From: an uncultured delta proteobacterium
GTDB taxonomy: Bacteria > Desulfobacterota > Binatia > UBA9968
DNA: 64,000 nucleotides
Direction of reading: 5' to 3'
NCBI GenBank assembly: GCA_963737905.1
Contig: CAVTUQ010000037.1
Span: 96,001 to 160,000, forward strand
Positions 63,048 through 64,000 of the stretch are shown here, one piece after another (the stretch's first letter is position 1; every line of letters begins with the position of its first letter). The notes beneath the pieces were generated by a model, which searched no databases, was not told the DNA's origin, and saw only the letters and a list, made by a program, of their open reading frames with translations. The position numbers were made by a program, and so were the translations under genes.

Positions 63048-64000
63048 TTACTTTTGCTTCGTATACAATGCCGCGGCGAAGAACAGTAGCGCCAGTAGCA
63101 GGTAGGCCAGGAAAAACTCCGGCGCCGCGAGGAGTCCGAAGCGATTGACGACACCGCCGGGTGTGAGTTCGTAGGCGTGAATGATGCCCACGGCCGAAAA
63201 GAGCGCGGCGGCCAAGGACCAAAGACTCGCCGTCTGAAACCGCCTTTCGATCAACGCGACCCCGATGGCCGCAAGAATCATGGAAGTAAATATGAACCCT
63301 TGCTGCAGGGAAATCATACCGTGCATCGCCGGGCTCTGGCCGAAGGGCGCTGTTCCGACCAGATAGAGCGATTTGCCGGCGACTCTGAGGCCGGTCTCGA
63401 CCATCAACAGTCCCCACGCGGCTAATGCCGGAACGATCCCCAGCGCCACCGCCGGAGCATGTTCTTTCGGCGTTTCCTGAAACGACTGCGCGACGATAAT
63501 AATGCCGATGTAGAGAAGAATCCCGATTCCACCTTCGAGAGGGATCAAGCCTAGAACAGACTGCATGGTTCCAGTGAGGCAAAGAAAAGCAATGAACAAC
63601 CCATTCAATGCTGAGTATCCGGAGCGGGCGCCGAGGCGTTTCCAACCGGGATGACCAATATAGATGGTCGTAGGAAAGACGCTGCCGAAAAATGCCGCTA
63701 CTACAGAGCCCAGCCCATTGGCCATGAGGGATGGAAAGGTGCGGTAGCGGTCCCCCGCGGCTTCGGCGCTTTCGATGTTCTGCAACGAACCAACGACATT
63801 AAAAATCCCCATCGGTAAAATGATCGAAAAATAATTCAGAAAGCCCGGATGTGACAGCGCCTCCCAAAGCGGACCGCCGGTGAAGACCGGAAATGTCAAA
63901 GCATAGGCCGAATTCCAGGTTTTTCCTGTCATGGTACCCAGCAACCATCCCAGTAAAGTGCCGACTGCAATGGCGACCATACCGCCGGGCAAACCAAGCG
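63048..64000 (-). CDS. NCS2/AzgA-like permease, 5' end outside the window
   Basis: Multi-TM; QNIESAEAAGD, FPTTIYIGHPGWK. Confidence 0.82.
   Translation of the reverse strand, partial: LGLPGGMVAIAVGTLLGWLLGTMTGKTWNSAYALTFPVFTGGPLWEALSHPGFLNYFSIILPMGIFNVVGSLQNIESAEAAGDRYRTFPSLMANGLGSVVAAFFGSVFPTTIYIGHPGWKRLGARSGYSALNGLFIAFLCLTGTMQSVLGLIPLEGGIGILLYIGIIIVAQSFQETPKEHAPAVALGIVPALAAWGLLMVETGLRVAGKSLYLVGTAPFGQSPAMHGMISLQQGFIFTSMILAAIGVALIERRFQTASLWSLAAALFSAVGIIHAYELTPGGVVNRFGLLAAPEFFLAYLLLALLFFAAALYTKQK

Overview
Bacterial chromosomal fragment of roughly mid-to-high GC. Gene content and order suggest a Deltaproteobacteria-like lineage such as Ca. Binatia (inference). Two conserved housekeeping blocks are present: kdsB-pyrG-kdsA-kdsD-kdsC-lptC-lptA-lptB-rpoN-hpf-ptsN-rapZ-ptsH-metK-ahcY (8.3-21.1 kb, minus strand) and folE-pepA-trxA / rodA-mrdA-mreDCB / ppiD-like (52-62 kb). 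Accessory regions lie between and around them. The most notable items are: (1) a stand-alone transcription unit for a 16-aa Lys-rich peptide (49617-49667) with a near-consensus promoter, two anti-SD elements and a terminator; (2) a four-gene cupin / asparaginase-like / Co-type nitrile-hydratase-alpha-like / SH3 beta-fragment operon; (3) an OsmC-like gene with an in-frame UGA at the catalytic Cys position and a SECIS-like hairpin; (4) an array of orphan ABC substrate-binding paralogs (intact, frameshifted and deleted) interleaved with a sensor kinase, a receiver-adenylate cyclase and a sigma54 activator, with 7-bp-period repeat arrays at gene junctions; (5) a sigma54 promoter with upstream activator and IHF-like sites but no substantial ORF immediately downstream; (6) a ~175-nt structured RNA candidate at 21.3-21.5 kb. 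No rRNA, tRNA, CRISPR array or transposase was recognised. All calls were made by eye, without database searches.
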